The notes under the pieces: generated by a model | The model's database searches: none | Told to the model about the DNA's origin: nothing | What the model saw: only the letters and a program-made list of their open reading frames with translations | From: Negaprion brevirostris | Lineage: Eukaryota | Length of the DNA stretch: 64,000 bases | Direction of reading: 5' to 3' | NCBI GenBank assembly: GCA_030324005.1 | Contig: JARDVH010000193.1 | Span: 29,832,758-29,896,757 of the forward strand | Made by a program: the position numbers and the translations under genes | In this document: in pieces, positions 36,287-48,914 of the stretch | Layout of the letters: each line of letters opens with the position of its first letter | How positions within the stretch are numbered: the stretch's first letter is position 1

Positions 36287-37789
36287 ATTTTCTCATTCTG
36301 AGAAAATATGGACTAAACATACACTGAGGTCAGCACCTGATCCCATATCATCTCCAACACCAAGGGCACCTACCTCTTCCACCCCTGCCTTAGCTCATCT
36401 GCTGCTGAAGCCCTCAGCCATACTTTTATTACCTTCAGGCTTAACTATTCCAATTCTGGCTAGCAGTCCACTTCGTACCCTCCATAAACTTGAACTGGTA
36501 TGGGGAAATCACAACCCAATGTTGCAACAAGTCCCATTCACCAATTACCTCACGCTCTTTGACCAACATTACCACCTCACTCAGCGGTATGTCAATTTTA
36601 AAATTCTCATTCTTACATTCAAATCCCAACATGGCCTTGACTATTCCCAATCTCCCAACCAACAACTCCGAGAGCTCCAAAGTTCATCCAATTCCCCTTT
36701 GCTGCACATTCCTGATTGTTTTCATCTCTACATTTGTGGGCATTGGCTTCAGTGGTCTAAGGCCTCCCTATCTCTTGATCTTCCTTTAAGCTGAGTCTTT
36801 AAACTCAGGTCCTTGATCAAGCTAATGATCACCTTATGTAACTCGTATCAAATTTTGTCTGACATTGATTCTGTGATGATTATTACATTAAAAGGTAGTA
36901 AATAAATGCAAGTTGTTGTTGTTACAGGATGCTTTCTTTATCAGCAAGGATGGAAAAGAATTTTGGATTATTTCCATTATAATGATGTCCGATCCAAGTG
37001 CTGTAATCATATTTATATAGTGCAACAGTGCAAATAGTCCTAACCTGCATCATTTCACCGAGTGTTCAAAGGATCAAAATATTTTGCCACTGACTTCAGA
37101 CTACGAGCAAGTCCAATTGAGACTGATGACTTTGTCACATGAAGAGGATCTTTTTTTCCCAGTGTATGTTTAGTCCATATTTTATGCCACAGATTCTGGT
37201 CAATAATTCGTCACAAAGTGATATATGGTTGAAGCGATTAAACAGACTAATTCAAAACAACTTCTCCAAGCCAATTAGTCAGCATTATGCACTAAAGTCT
37301 GCTATTTTATAACATCATAAGCAATCTATGGAACCACCACAAATATCTATTAGTTTAAACTATCATTCCAATATCCTTCAGGTTTAAATGGTTAGTTTAC
37401 AAGCAAGTGAAACCAGGACTGCGTATAATCATTCTAATTATTTAGAGCAGAATTCTTCCCATGGTTATAAGACAGTAACATTTTTAAGTTACTGGCTCTA
37501 TATTGCAATCATAAATCTAGCTTTAAGAACTAACATTTAGAAGCAGGAAATAATTTTTTAAAAGCATTTCCTTAAATGATAAAACACAAAATGATGGAAA
37601 CAAAATTCAGAGAAAAGCTAACAGAACAAAGACTTTTCTTCTTATTAAGAGGGACAGACTTTTGAACTATTGAGGAATCTATGGTTAGAGGGAATAGTAC
37701 AGGCATGGAAGTGAGGCAGAGACCATGATCAAATTAGTCATGATCTTATTGATAAGGTTCCAGCCTCTGTCTTTTTTAGTCTGATACCA

Positions 37790-38470
37790 TGGGCTTCCAG
37801 AGCGAACGTACACTTTGTTCATTCATTGAGTGGACTTGGGTTTTCTTATTCTGTTCTTCCTGGAAGTTGATGTTTCAAAAAACCTTCATTTCCAGTTATT
37901 TCACAATTTTAGCCAAATGTTTATTTACTTCCTTATTTTCCAGTTGTTTTGCAAGTTGATAATCTTTTCAATCATCTCTGCAGCTACTCTGGCAAGCTGT
38001 CAGTTGTCTTTGTTTCAGAGTTATAGTGGAATCCTTATACAAGTTTAGAAACATTGCCTCGGATTTCAGTTTCTTTAAGAGTCTTTCTTCCATGGTCCCC
38101 AACTGCTCCTTAGACATTTCCACTCATTAGATCCTTAATCTGTTTCTTAGAATTTTTCTTTTTTGTTTAAAATCTGGATTCGCTTTTCCATACTCGACAA
38201 TGCATCACTCATGTCCTTCAGATTGGATCAATGTTCAAGAATTTCATTACTCTTTTCACAATGAAGTTCCAACATTTCATCAGTTTCATTCTTAACTCTG
38301 CATTCAACCAACTGTTCTGATTCATCAGCAATTCCTTTTCCTGTTCCAGGCATCCTTATGAAACCCAATATACACATCTGATAATTGAAGTTTATCAAGT
38401 TCTAATTCTTCATCAGCACCTCATCTTCCATACATTAACCTTGCATGTCTACACTGAATAGTTTTGCTTT
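37790..38470 (-). pseudogene. UACA: UACA-family coiled-coil pseudogene, segment A (earlier part of the coiled coil)
   Basis: Frameshifted, stop-containing translation LNAELRMK..EMLELHCEKSNEILEH*SNLKDMSDALSSMEKRI aligns by eye with recalled UACA LQNELAHKVAECKALALECERVKEDSDEQIKQLEDALKDVQKRM. Paralogue (RAI14/ANKRD24/ANKRD35) not excluded. Confidence 0.55.
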
Positions 38471-38496
38471 AGCAAAGCCTAATTCCTGTATGCTAC

Positions 38497-39868
38497 CCTT
38501 AATGAGTTCACAGCGCAAATAGAGGCAAAGGGGTATGATTTGGTAGTAATTACTGAAACTTGGTTACAAGGAGACCAGGTCTGGGAATTGAATATTCAAG
38601 GGTATTCAGTACTTCTGAAGGATAGACAGAAAGGAAAAAGCTGGTGGTGTAGCTTTGCTTGTGAAGGAAGAGATCAGTGCTGTAGTGAGAAATGATATAA
38701 GCACTGGAGATCAAGATGTGGAATCAGTCTGGGTAGAAATAAGAAATTGCAAAGGAAAGAAATAATCTACAGGTTCCCAAACAACAGTTCTATAGTGGTG
38801 AAATACTGATGGCTTGTGAGAAAGGTAAAGCAATAATCATGGGTCATTTTAATATGCACATAGGCTAGATTAATCAAATTGGAAAGCTTCGAGGGAGAGT
38901 TCATTGAATATATTAGAGATTTTTCCTTAGAGAATTAGAGATTAGGTTATTCTGGATTTGGTACTGTGTAGTGAGCAGAGATTAATTAATGATATCACAG
39001 TTAAAAATCCTCTAGGAAAGAGTGATCAATGTCTGATAGAATACAACATTCAATCGAAGGGTGAGAAACTGGAGTCCCATACTTGCACTCTGGAGTTAAA
39101 CAAAGGTAATTAGGTAGGCAGGAGGATATTCTTGGCCCTAGTGGAATGGGCAGGAAGGCTAAAAGGTAGGAGAGTTGATGAACAGTGGCAGTTGCTTAAG
39201 GATATATTCAATTCCTTACAATTAAAATATTCCAGAAAGGAAGAAAGATTATGAGGGGGAGGAGAAAAGATATCCATGGCTAAGCAAGGAAGTTAAAGAC
39301 AACATAAAGACAAAAACTAAGGCATACCGTATTGCAAAGACCAGTGACAGGCTGGAAGACTGGGGAATCTTTAAAGATCAACAAAGAGTTACTAAAAAAG
39401 TAATAAAAAGAGCAAAGGTAAATTATGAAAGAAAACTAGCATAAACAATGAAAAAGATAGCAAAAGCATCTATAGGTATTTGAAAGGGAAGAGATTAGCT
39501 AAAGTGAACGTTGGTCCCTTGAAGGATGACTTCGGAGAGTTAACAGTGGGTAACACAGAAACAGTGGAGCCAGTAAATCAATATTTTGCCTCAGGTTTCA
39601 AAGTGGACAACACCAGTACTACCCTAATAGTAATTGGTAATGCAGAGGAACTTAGAGCAGTCATCGTCAATAGGGAAATAGTACTCAACAAATGATTGGG
39701 ATTAAAGGCAAACAAGATCCCAAGGCATGATGGCCTACATCCTAGGGTATTAAAGGAAGTGGCAGCAGAGATAGTCAATCCTTTGGTTAAAATATTCCAA
39801 AATTCCCTGGATGTGGGTAAGGTTCCAATGGATTGGAAAAATGCTAATGTAGTGTAAAAAGGGAGGGA
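38497..39868 (+). mobile_element. CR1 LINE ORF2 internal fragment (endonuclease to start of RT), truncated at both ends
   Basis: GYDLVVITETWLQGDQVWELNIQGY, IIMGHFN, PLGKSDQ, DGLHPRVLKEVAAEI, DWKNANV. Confidence 0.93.
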
Positions 39869-39869
39869 G

Positions 39870-41125
39870 TTGAAGACTTGACTTGTTTCAATTATATAAT
39901 TGTGGTACTCTTTGCTGTCATGTCTACTAGCAGCTTGGAAAGGTCTACTGTTTTTCCTTTCAGTTCCTCCTCTTTTATATTGAGTTGGACCTTTAGCCTA
40001 GTAATATCCATGTTCATCTGCTCATTCAACTGAGTGTGCTACAATGGTGGTAGAAAACTCTTTTTCTGACTGTTGAATTGGAACAAATTCTTTATGTTTC
40101 CTTTTCTTCCTGAAGTCTTTCACATTCTACTTTAACTTCTGCATACATCCTTATTAGTTTTTCCACGTGCTCATCCTTTTCGTGCATAACATTACAAACT
40201 TGCTTTCCAATTCTTCATATGAGTATTTGGAAATATAATGCTTTTCCAAGTTTTCTTCCAAACATCCAACCATTTTCTTCAGCTCTCCCGTCTCTTTCTT
40301 GTACCTTTTGACTTTGTGCTGGAATATTGATCCCTGCTCGAGTTTTCTCTGCCAACTGGTTCTTCAGCTTGCTCAGAGAGACACTGCATTCATTTTGCTT
40401 CTCTTCAGTATTTTCAAGAAGAACAAACTTCGATCTGAGGGATTCTTTAGCATGTGCAGGCCCTTCTATAGGTATTCCTTTTCTTTACAAAGTGGAATTG
40501 CCTTGTCTTGAGTTTTCTTGTTCTGTAACAGAGTGTTCTGATGTTTCACCTGCTGTTCAAGACAATCTTCATTTCTTCATGATGCTGGAGGCTTATATAC
40601 TCTTGTTGCATTTGGCACGAAAAGACAGCTAGCTGTAAACTAAACAGTTAATTTTCTTGTTGACCTCTTGCCTACTCAGATTGTTCTTTACTGAATTGTT
40701 TTGTCGCTATCAATATTTCCAATGCAGCTCTTACTCAGGTAGCGTTCAATATCTTTTTTTTAAACTCATGTTTTTCCAGGGCCACATGTTGATTCTTCAG
40801 AGTCTTTCAGAGCAGCAATTTCTTTTCTGCCTCGCTGTACCTCTTGTTGAGTTCTTCCAACTCAACTCTGATGCAAACATTTTTCAGCAGAATAGATTAA
40901 TTTTCTTTTTGCAGTTTTTTTTTGCTTTTGGGTTACATCAAGTAACCTTCTTACACTCACAGCAATCTGCTCATTCTGTACTACATCTGCTGCTGTAGTT
41001 CGGGTGCTGTGTCAACATTTTCAAAAATATCTCTATTTTTAAGCCCTTTGGTTACTTCATGGTTTTCTCTTTCCTTACTTTAAGCACTAAACTTGTCGGC
41101 TTGTGTACTTCATTGTATTTTGCTT
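39870..41125 (-). pseudogene. UACA: UACA-family coiled-coil pseudogene, segment B (later part of the coiled coil)
   Basis: Colinear peptides RRLLDVTQK, LKNQHVALEKHE, QEYISLQHHEEMK, LRSKFVLLENTEEKQ..LKNQLAEKT and DITRLKVQLNIKEEELKGKTVDLSKL match recalled UACA RKLLDVTQK, NQYVPVKTHE, EYISLAEHEAKM, LKDQLSEQT and LREKEEESQNKMEEVSKL. Many stops and frameshifts. Exact paralogue uncertain. Confidence 0.72.
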
Positions 41126-41881
41126 GGGTTTAGTGTCCCTCACCCTGAGATCTCCTTGCCCTTTTGGCACTGTAATAGGGATGATCTGGAGCTTTTTTTT
41201 AAAAAAAGGAGAATTCCGCTCCTGGTTTTAGCTCAGATCTTCTCCAGACTCTACAGGCTCCACCCACAGATTGAGGTAGTCACACACATCACACAATCAA
41301 ATCCAGATCAATCAATTAGTTTCACCCTTCCCTCAATCATTTTTGACATTCCCTCCATCATCCTCATCACTCCCTAGCACTGCCTTCTGTGACTCTAGAG
41401 CCACCCTCATCCTTCATCAACTTTCAATCTAAAGCTGCCCCCCACCCACACCCTCAAATGCCCTTCACTCCTGACCTGCTCGTTATCTTCTTCAACCCTT
41501 TCTCACTTGACCTGCCCTCAGTTTGCCTTAACTCTCCCAACTTTACTGCCCTCAATCATCCTCCATTATGCTTGAGCTGCCATTTTACTGATTAACCTTC
41601 CCTCTGTCATCCAGCTTCCTCCCTTTGATCTCCACAACCCGACCTCCCTACTTTGGACAGCTATGACTGACCTGCTTAGAAGCCAACCTCCCACAGATAG
41701 CCTTGCCCCAAACTTCCCTAGTTAGCTACCAGCTAAATTCAATGCATCAGTGCCTCCTCTCCTCTGGTCTCACCCCCTAGAAAAGCCAGTCCCACTCATT
41801 CCGAGTCCACTAGGAAGATGACCCTATTTGCTGCATACTATCTTTAACCAGTATTATTCTGAAGGCATGTGCATTTGTTTG

Positions 41882-42165
41882 AGCCATAGAACCCCTTCAG
41901 TGCAGAAGAAGGCCATTTAGCTAATCGAGTCTGCAGCAACTCTCTGAAAGAGCATCTTACCCAGAATCACCAACCCCCTCCCCCAGTCTTATGCTCCTAA
42001 ACCCATGCATTTGCCATGGCCGATACCAAGCCGGAGCACCTGGAGGAAACCCGTGCAGACATGGGGAGAATGTGCAAACTGCACATAGACAATCACCCAA
42101 ACTTGGAATTGAACCCGGGTCTCTGACACTATGAGGCAGCTAACCACTGTATCATCGTGCTGGCT
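41882..42165 (-). mobile_element. HE1 SINE, degenerate
   Basis: CCGGAGCACCTGGAGGAAACCCGTGCAGACATGGGGAGAATGTGCAAACT and tail on plus. Confidence 0.85.
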
Positions 42166-42214
42166 TAATTGCAAAGGTAAAACTGATGACCATGTGTTTT
42201 AATGAGCATGCATG

Positions 42215-42415
42215 ATATTTCCTCTGGGTGCTCCAGTTTCCTCCCGCAATCCAAAGATGTTCAGATTAGGTTGATTGGCTATGCTAAGTTGACCCTTAGT
42301 GTGAGGGGATAGCAGATTAAATTAGGGTTATGAGAATAGGACTTGGGTAGGATTGCGATGGGTACATACTTGATGGGCTGAATCGCCTCTTTCTGTATTG
42401 TAGGAATTCTATGAT
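42215..42415 (+). mobile_element. HE1 SINE, 5'-truncated
   Basis: TTTCCTCTGGGTGCTCCAGTTTCCTCCC...GGAATTCTATGATT. Confidence 0.85.
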
Positions 42416-43207
42416 TACTGAATTCCCAACTTTCATCCACTGCCAGGGAGCTGACATTTTGCTCCCACACAATGGAGTGTCCCCACCCACCTTGTTTCCT
42501 GCTCCCAGAAGACTCCACCAAATGTATATTTTCATAGAACAAGCACTCCTCTATGGTATCAATGTGCACTCACTCCTTTTATGTACATATATACTTTTCC
42601 AATTATAGTATTAGTGTGTGCCGAAGACAGTCAGTCACAGTTTTGGAATGAAAACTCAAGGCTCGAAAAGATTTCTGCAATGTTTACTGCGGTAAATAAA
42701 TAAGCATTGCATGCAAATCTGATATAAACTGATTTTGTTTTAATTATAGAAGCTATAAACATAAGCTACTTATTAGCTGCGCAGCTTTAATGGACCATTT
42801 CTTCATAGCCAGGCTCACAGACAGTAATATTACTGGCATGTATAGTGATATTTTTGAAAAGAATCTCAAGTATATATTCAAGAGTCTTATACTTAGTGAA
42901 ATAATTCCTAAATTTACAATCGAATATAAACACAAATCACGGAATGTCATTTTTAGTCCTGCATCAGGGAAAGTGGTTTGCTCATCCTCATCAAATATTT
43001 TGTGCATTTTTCATTCTGGTGCAAAGACCAACAAAATAGTGAAAGTGGGAATTTGGCAAAATTTATGCTACATGTACAAGTATTGATAAAGAATCCTTTA
43101 GCAAACCCAGTAAATTGGGAATTTTGGGAACCAGTTTGTTTTTGTGCATCTTAAGCAGAGGCAGTAAAGAATGCTCTGTTGAAACAGGAAAACATCCTGC
43201 CTATATA

Positions 43208-43632
43208 GGGTATAGTAGTTATGTTACTAGTAATCTGGAGACCTAGACTATTGATTTGGAGACTTCGAATCCTAACCATGGCAACTGGGGAATTTAAATT
43301 TAGTTAATCAAATCAATCTGGAATTTAAAAAAAGTAGTATCAGTACTGGTGACCACGAGCCTACCAGATTGTTCTAAAATGCCTTCAGGTTAAGTTATGT
43401 CTTTTTAGTGAAGGAAACCTTCCTGATCTGGCCTAGATGTGACCTCAGATCCGCACAAATGTGGTTAACTCTTAACTGCCTTCTGCTGTGTGGCACAATC
43501 ACCATGTTAAATGGGATAGACTCAGACCAGACCTAGCAGCTCACAACAACAAATTCAGGAGGCACTGTGCCCGCGACAGCAACAGAATGGTAATCCACCT
43601 TGATCTGTATTTTCATGGGCCAGTATATTGCT
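43208..43632 (+). mobile_element. tRNA-headed SINE (35037 family) joined to a LINE ORF segment
   Basis: SINE sequence to ...CTCTTAACTGCCTTCTG (43485), then VWHNHHVKWDRLRPDLAA (LINE ORF2 linker-like) up to the gap. Confidence 0.68.
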
Positions 43633-43912
43633 NNNNNNNNNNNNNNNNNNNNNNNNNNNNNNNNNNNNNNNNNNNNNNNNNNNNNNNNNNNNNNNNNNNN
43701 NNNNNNNNNNNNNNNNNNNNNNNNNNNNNNNNNNNNNNNNNNNNNNNNNNNNNNNNNNNNNNNNNNNNNNNNNNNNNNNNNNNNNNNNNNNNNNNNNNNN
43801 NNNNNNNNNNNNNNNNNNNNNNNNNNNNNNNNNNNNNNNNNNNNNNNNNNNNNNNNNNNNNNNNNNNNNNNNNNNNNNNNNNNNNNNNNNNNNNNNNNNN
43901 NNNNNNNNNNNN

Positions 43913-44470
43913 GGCTAGGATTTTACAGTCCCGTCCCGGCGGGTTCTGTGGGGTGAGGGGTGGTGGAGGGTGTGTAAAATTGCATAGATGAGATCCCACC
44001 TGACCCAACCCAGACACAATTTTATGGACAAGACTCACAAGTCAACCTGAAGGCTCGTTCAGATTTGGGGTACTCTCCCCTCAGGGACCTGGAAATTCTG
44101 GTCCTCTCTCTCCCTAGGCATTGAGATCACACTGCCCCCTCCCACACCACCCAGGGCCCCACTACTCACCTGCTCGACTTCCAGCCCTGGCATTTAGGCT
44201 CAGGCACAGCACTGAAGTACCTCTTCCAGCCACTGCAGCACTATGGTTGGAGGTCCTATGATTAGCCAATTGATTGGCTAATTTGATTAGCTGACAGCTC
44301 TCTGAGGTGGGACAATCGTCCAAGGATGGATGGAAGTCTCACTTGCTGCCAATCAATGCTCAATTGGGGAAAAATTGGCAGTGGGCCTATCAGAGTGGTT
44401 GGGGATGCATTCCCCACTGACTTTCCGGATGATAGGTACCAAGTCTTCGCCATCTTGAAAATTCAGGCCC
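43913..44470. mobile_element. GC-rich MITE-like element
   Basis: GGCTAGGATTTTAC ... GAAAATTCAGGCCC ends; internal palindrome TAGCCAATTGATTGGCTA. Confidence 0.6.
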
Positions 44471-45332
44471 AAGTCTCACAGAGGAGCACTGGGAATGTGA
44501 GACTTTATTCTTTGGACTGTCTGTTTAATTCCAAGATGAAATGGAGGTCTGGGGTCCAGAGGATTTAAATAAAGCTGGAAGTTTCACATAGTTTGAGTTA
44601 CAGGGATAGAATCTCCAGTGTAACTCTCACAATAAAAGAAAGTTTGTGGATTACCAGTTATCCAGCTGGGAAAAGAGAAAGAAAGCAAGTCATCAGGAGC
44701 TGAGAATACCTTTGGATTGGCTCTGGGAAATAAAGTGTCCACTTAAGGGACAGCATAGGATTTTTGATCATGATAAAAATAAAATATAGATTATTTTCTG
44801 TCATTTAGAGGATAAGCTGCTTGCTGAGCAATGTCAAGGTAATTGTTGAGGCGTTGAGCTCTGACCAAGGGTCATCTCGCCACAGATGCTATCAGGGCTG
44901 CTGAGGTTTTCCAGCATTTTCAGTTTTTGCTTCAGAATTTGCCCTTATCTTAGTATCGATGTAGTGTTGCTTTGAGTTTGTTAGTTACAGTAAAAAGTCA
45001 TAAAACTTGAAGTCTTGTGATGTTATCATTTCAGCCGTTCACTGGAAATTCAACTGTTATTGGTCCCAATGGGGATGTAACAGAGGAGAGCAGGAGGGTA
45101 TAGAGAGGCCTGTACCAACAATATCTAACCACGAGGTACCGATCTGGTGGAGCGATAACAAAGGACTACATGCATGCTAAACAACAGAAGCAGCATTTTA
45201 TGGATAGAGCCACAGAATCCCACAATTAATGAATCAGATCAAAACTCTGCAATGCTGCTATGTCTAGCCATGAATGTTGGCAGACAATCTAAACATCTAA
45301 TAAGAGACAGAGGGTCTATGACCATCCTCAAA

Positions 45333-45945
45333 TGGGCAGCACAGTGGCACAGTGGTTAGCACTGCAGCCTCATAGCTCCAGGGACCTGGGTTCAATTCCA
45401 GCCATGGGTGACTGCTTGTCTGGAGTTTGCACGTTCTTCCTGCTATCCAAAGTTTTGCAGGTTTATAGAAACCCTGCAGTGCAGAAGGAGGCCATTCAGC
45501 CCATTGAGTCTGCACCAACAACAATCCCACCCTATCCTTGAAACCCCACACATTTACCCTGCTAATCCCTCTAACATATGCATCCAGGGGCACTAAGGAG
45601 CAATTTAGCATATCCAATCAATCTAACCTGCACATCATAGATGGATTGGCCATGCTAAACTGCCCATTGAGCCTGCAACGACAACAATACCACCCAGGCC
45701 CTATCCCCATAACCCCGTGTTTTTACCCTGCTAATCTCCCTGACATTAAGAGGTAATTTAGCATGACCAATCAACCTAACTTGCACATCTTTGGAGTGTG
45801 GGAGGAAACCAGAGCACCTGGAAGAAACCCACGCTGACACAGGGGAGAATGTGCAAACTCCACACAGACAGTCACCTAAGGCCAGAATTGAACCGGGGTC
45901 CCTGACGCTGTGAGGCAAAGCTACTAACCACTGTGCCATCGTGCC
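45333..45945. mobile_element. Cluster of HE1 pieces in both orientations
   Basis: + head 45333-45445, - tail 45465-45640, - near-full copy 45670-45945. Confidence 0.88.
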
Positions 45946-47739
45946 ATATTAATAGCAATGCTGTTCCTTTCTGACTTACAATTTTAAATAAAAGACTTGA
46001 GTGAAAGGGATATTCCAAATGAATAACTAATGCTAAAGACTTGCAACTTACCACTGGCTCCACCATATACATTTGCTTGCCATTTGCCAAATACTAAGTG
46101 TTAAAGTAATGGTTATTTAGGAAACTGGAGTCTAACAGTGCAGGACACTGTTAATTCAACAATAATCAGTTTAACTGTACAATAATGATACCCAATTGCA
46201 TGGCATATGGAGAGTTTTTGCTCCCCTCCCTCTCTCCACATTATCAGAACAGCTGGATCTCTAATAACTAGGGAGGAAGCATGAAGAGGTTAGTAGATAA
46301 AATCAACCAGTGGTGCTTTGCTTCTGCTTTTATGTGATGCAAAGTTCCTGGAAAAGAGCCTGAACTACCACACACTTTCAGTATCTCTTAAGATACTTGT
46401 CCAGATCAAAGAACCCCAAATTTGAACAGCCATGGACTGCACTAATTTTAGACTATACTTAGAGAAAATGACATTTGTAAAAATCAAAACAAAAGCCCTC
46501 GAGAGTGATTCATTGCTACTTCTCCAAGCTGCAGTTAAATTGGTCATATACGGTTAAAGGAAACAGATTTAACAGTGAAGTGAAATTTGATCTCCAGGCT
46601 ATTTTGAAGGACTTTTCTGCTATCTCGCTGGTAAACAAGTCATAAACAGCATTTTTGTCCTTGTCAGGAGAGACAGAAGATTGATGAAACAGATATGAAA
46701 ACTAAAGGATACAATGTTGGACAGTAACTCAGAATCCTGCAATCCTTGCAAATAATGTAACGCAGATGAAACTAAAACTTTCCTTAAGTGCTGTAAACAA
46801 CGCTGTTATTTGGGTCAGTTCCTTGCCTGATGATAGGACCATGGTGGTTTTGAGAGCTGCTGTGATTCAATGCCATCTAGTTTCGCCAATGAGATGCAAC
46901 ATTTTCCTGGAAACATTAATATGTATATCCCTGTAAGTGACTCACTATTAACATCAGAACATGCATGATGTGACAGGGATTGATGTAACTCTGACGTGTG
47001 GAGACAGCTTTATTTTGCTTTAAGGCTGGGCTAACTGTTTGAGTTACGATTTCCTGCAAACCCGTACAGTACCATACAAGAGGGAAAATGAGGGAAAAGT
47101 CCAGGTTTGGTGGATTGGCCATACCAAATTGCCCTTAGTGTCTCAAGGTGTGTAGCTTAGATGAATTAACCATGGCAAATGTGTGGGGTTAAGGGGACAG
47201 TGCTAATCACTGTATTGCACACTCAAAGTCAGCAACTAAAGCTTACAGAAGCTCTCACAACTGATAAAATCAATACCATTTAGTGAAGTCCAAATTATTT
47301 TATCAGTCAGCCTTGAGAATTTTTGGAAATTTGAACCACTTACACAGTCTGTAAAGAGATCAATGATAGTCAATGTTAGGGGTTATTCTTTCCTACCTTG
47401 GAAGTTTTCTTGATTTCATGTGATTACTTGACTTTACAAGTTGCTTCATCATATTTAAGTGTTAAGTATAAGGTAAGTTAGGGGTGGGGTGAGGCAGGAG
47501 GAATATATTGAACAGCCCCTGAAAACTGGCACAGGGCTTGTGATGCTCGTTGTCCTTCCTCTCATTCAATGTAACCAGATCATCTCCATGCTCACATTTT
47601 GTAGTATGCAGCCAGCATAAGCCACACCACTGAGTGGCTGTACACCTCAGTCTATATCACTGAACAGGGGAGGTGCCTTGTGGCTCAAGTAGATGGTTGG
47701 AGTCCTTGAACAAGCCACTCTGATGTGGATAAGACCAGT

Positions 47740-48900
47740 TAACATAGGAAGGAGTTCACTTCAATGTCATTGCCAACTGCAGTCGAGGCCTTGATGAAAG
47801 AGGTATAGAGAGGAAGGACAGGGACCAAGAAACCGTGGGACAATATAGTTGTTGTGGTTAATGTGAGGAGTCGAGCCCTGAGAACATGGATGCAGCACAT
47901 GCAGAAACATTGTGCATCCAACGACCTCACACAACTGGCTAAGATCAGTGAATTCATCTTCAAATGTAATCTCACCAACTCAAACACTAGCCCCAAACTC
48001 TCCTCAATTAGCTACACCTCATTCTGATACACTGACCAGTGCTACAAACCTCCCACCCACAGATCGCAGCTTGGACACACAATTAACTATCCAATAATGA
48101 CAGACACATCAAACTGGCACATTTCCTCTCTTGCAGAGCAAAATGGCACATCACTGGAGGCAGCAGGTGCTAACTAGTGAGGGACAGGCATGACTACATG
48201 TCTTTGCTCCTATAGAGGAGACAGTACCCACTGCTGAGGCCACGATCAGCAGCAGGGTGTAAACCATATACAATAACAGTATCCTCAGGCCAAATGTATC
48301 TCCTCACATCCCACAACTCAGATACACTAGCTACAGATGGTGTAACAATGCACCTTTTGCTTCCCTCCTGTGACATCACCACATCCTTACTCATGTGCCT
48401 TTTTCTTTTTACACATTCAAGAATTGCACCCTGGGCAAGCAGGAGATTATAGAACACTGAAGTTGTCTTATTTACTGATAAGCTTTTGTTTGCAGCAATG
48501 CACATTACATACCATACATCTCCCTCATCATAGTCTGCTGTCAGCCTATATATACATGTATAGATGAGCACAGGTTAGTTCCAATTACTACTCTCCACCT
48601 GAATACAATTGACACCCAATTGAAATACAATTAACAGGCAGTGATAGAAGAGCAACAGATGTAAGAGCAACAGGACATTGATGATGAAAAAACAGTCACA
48701 CAACTTAACACTTGCAGTACCAGTTCAGGTGCTGACCTTACATATAACTTGTAGAGGAAAGCACAGAGACAGTTCCTGTATCTGGGGAGAGACAACAGAT
48801 ATGAGTGGCCATAGCCAGCGCAAGGGACAAAACTTGTGCAGGTGTCAGTTTATACATGTCCTGCTGCAGAGGACTCAGCAAGTATAATGATGAGCCAGGT
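47740..48900 (+). mobile_element. PIF/Harbinger-type Myb/SANT DNA-binding gene remnant with introns
   Basis: AVEALMKEV*R..KPWDNIVVVVNVRSRALRTWMQ..NDLTQLAK, then intron ending ttcctctcttgcag, then SKMAHHWRQQVLTSEGQA*LHVFAPIEE. Matches the recalled W..IA..VNA.S...RTW.QCRKKFNDL / K.AHN.R....TGGG pattern. Confidence 0.72.
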
Positions 48901-48914
48901 TACTGAAGGAAGCA

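Larger units (their letters stand above)
34535..36923 (+). mobile_element. L2 LINE (RT to 3' end) with nested SINE and MITE-like element
   Basis: LSKVIEYVVASQI...FEPCQSGF, WMSRNSFQLNIGKTKAVVFG, NFKILILTFKSQHGL. Ends ATAAATGCAAGTTGTTGTTGTT. Confidence 0.85.
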
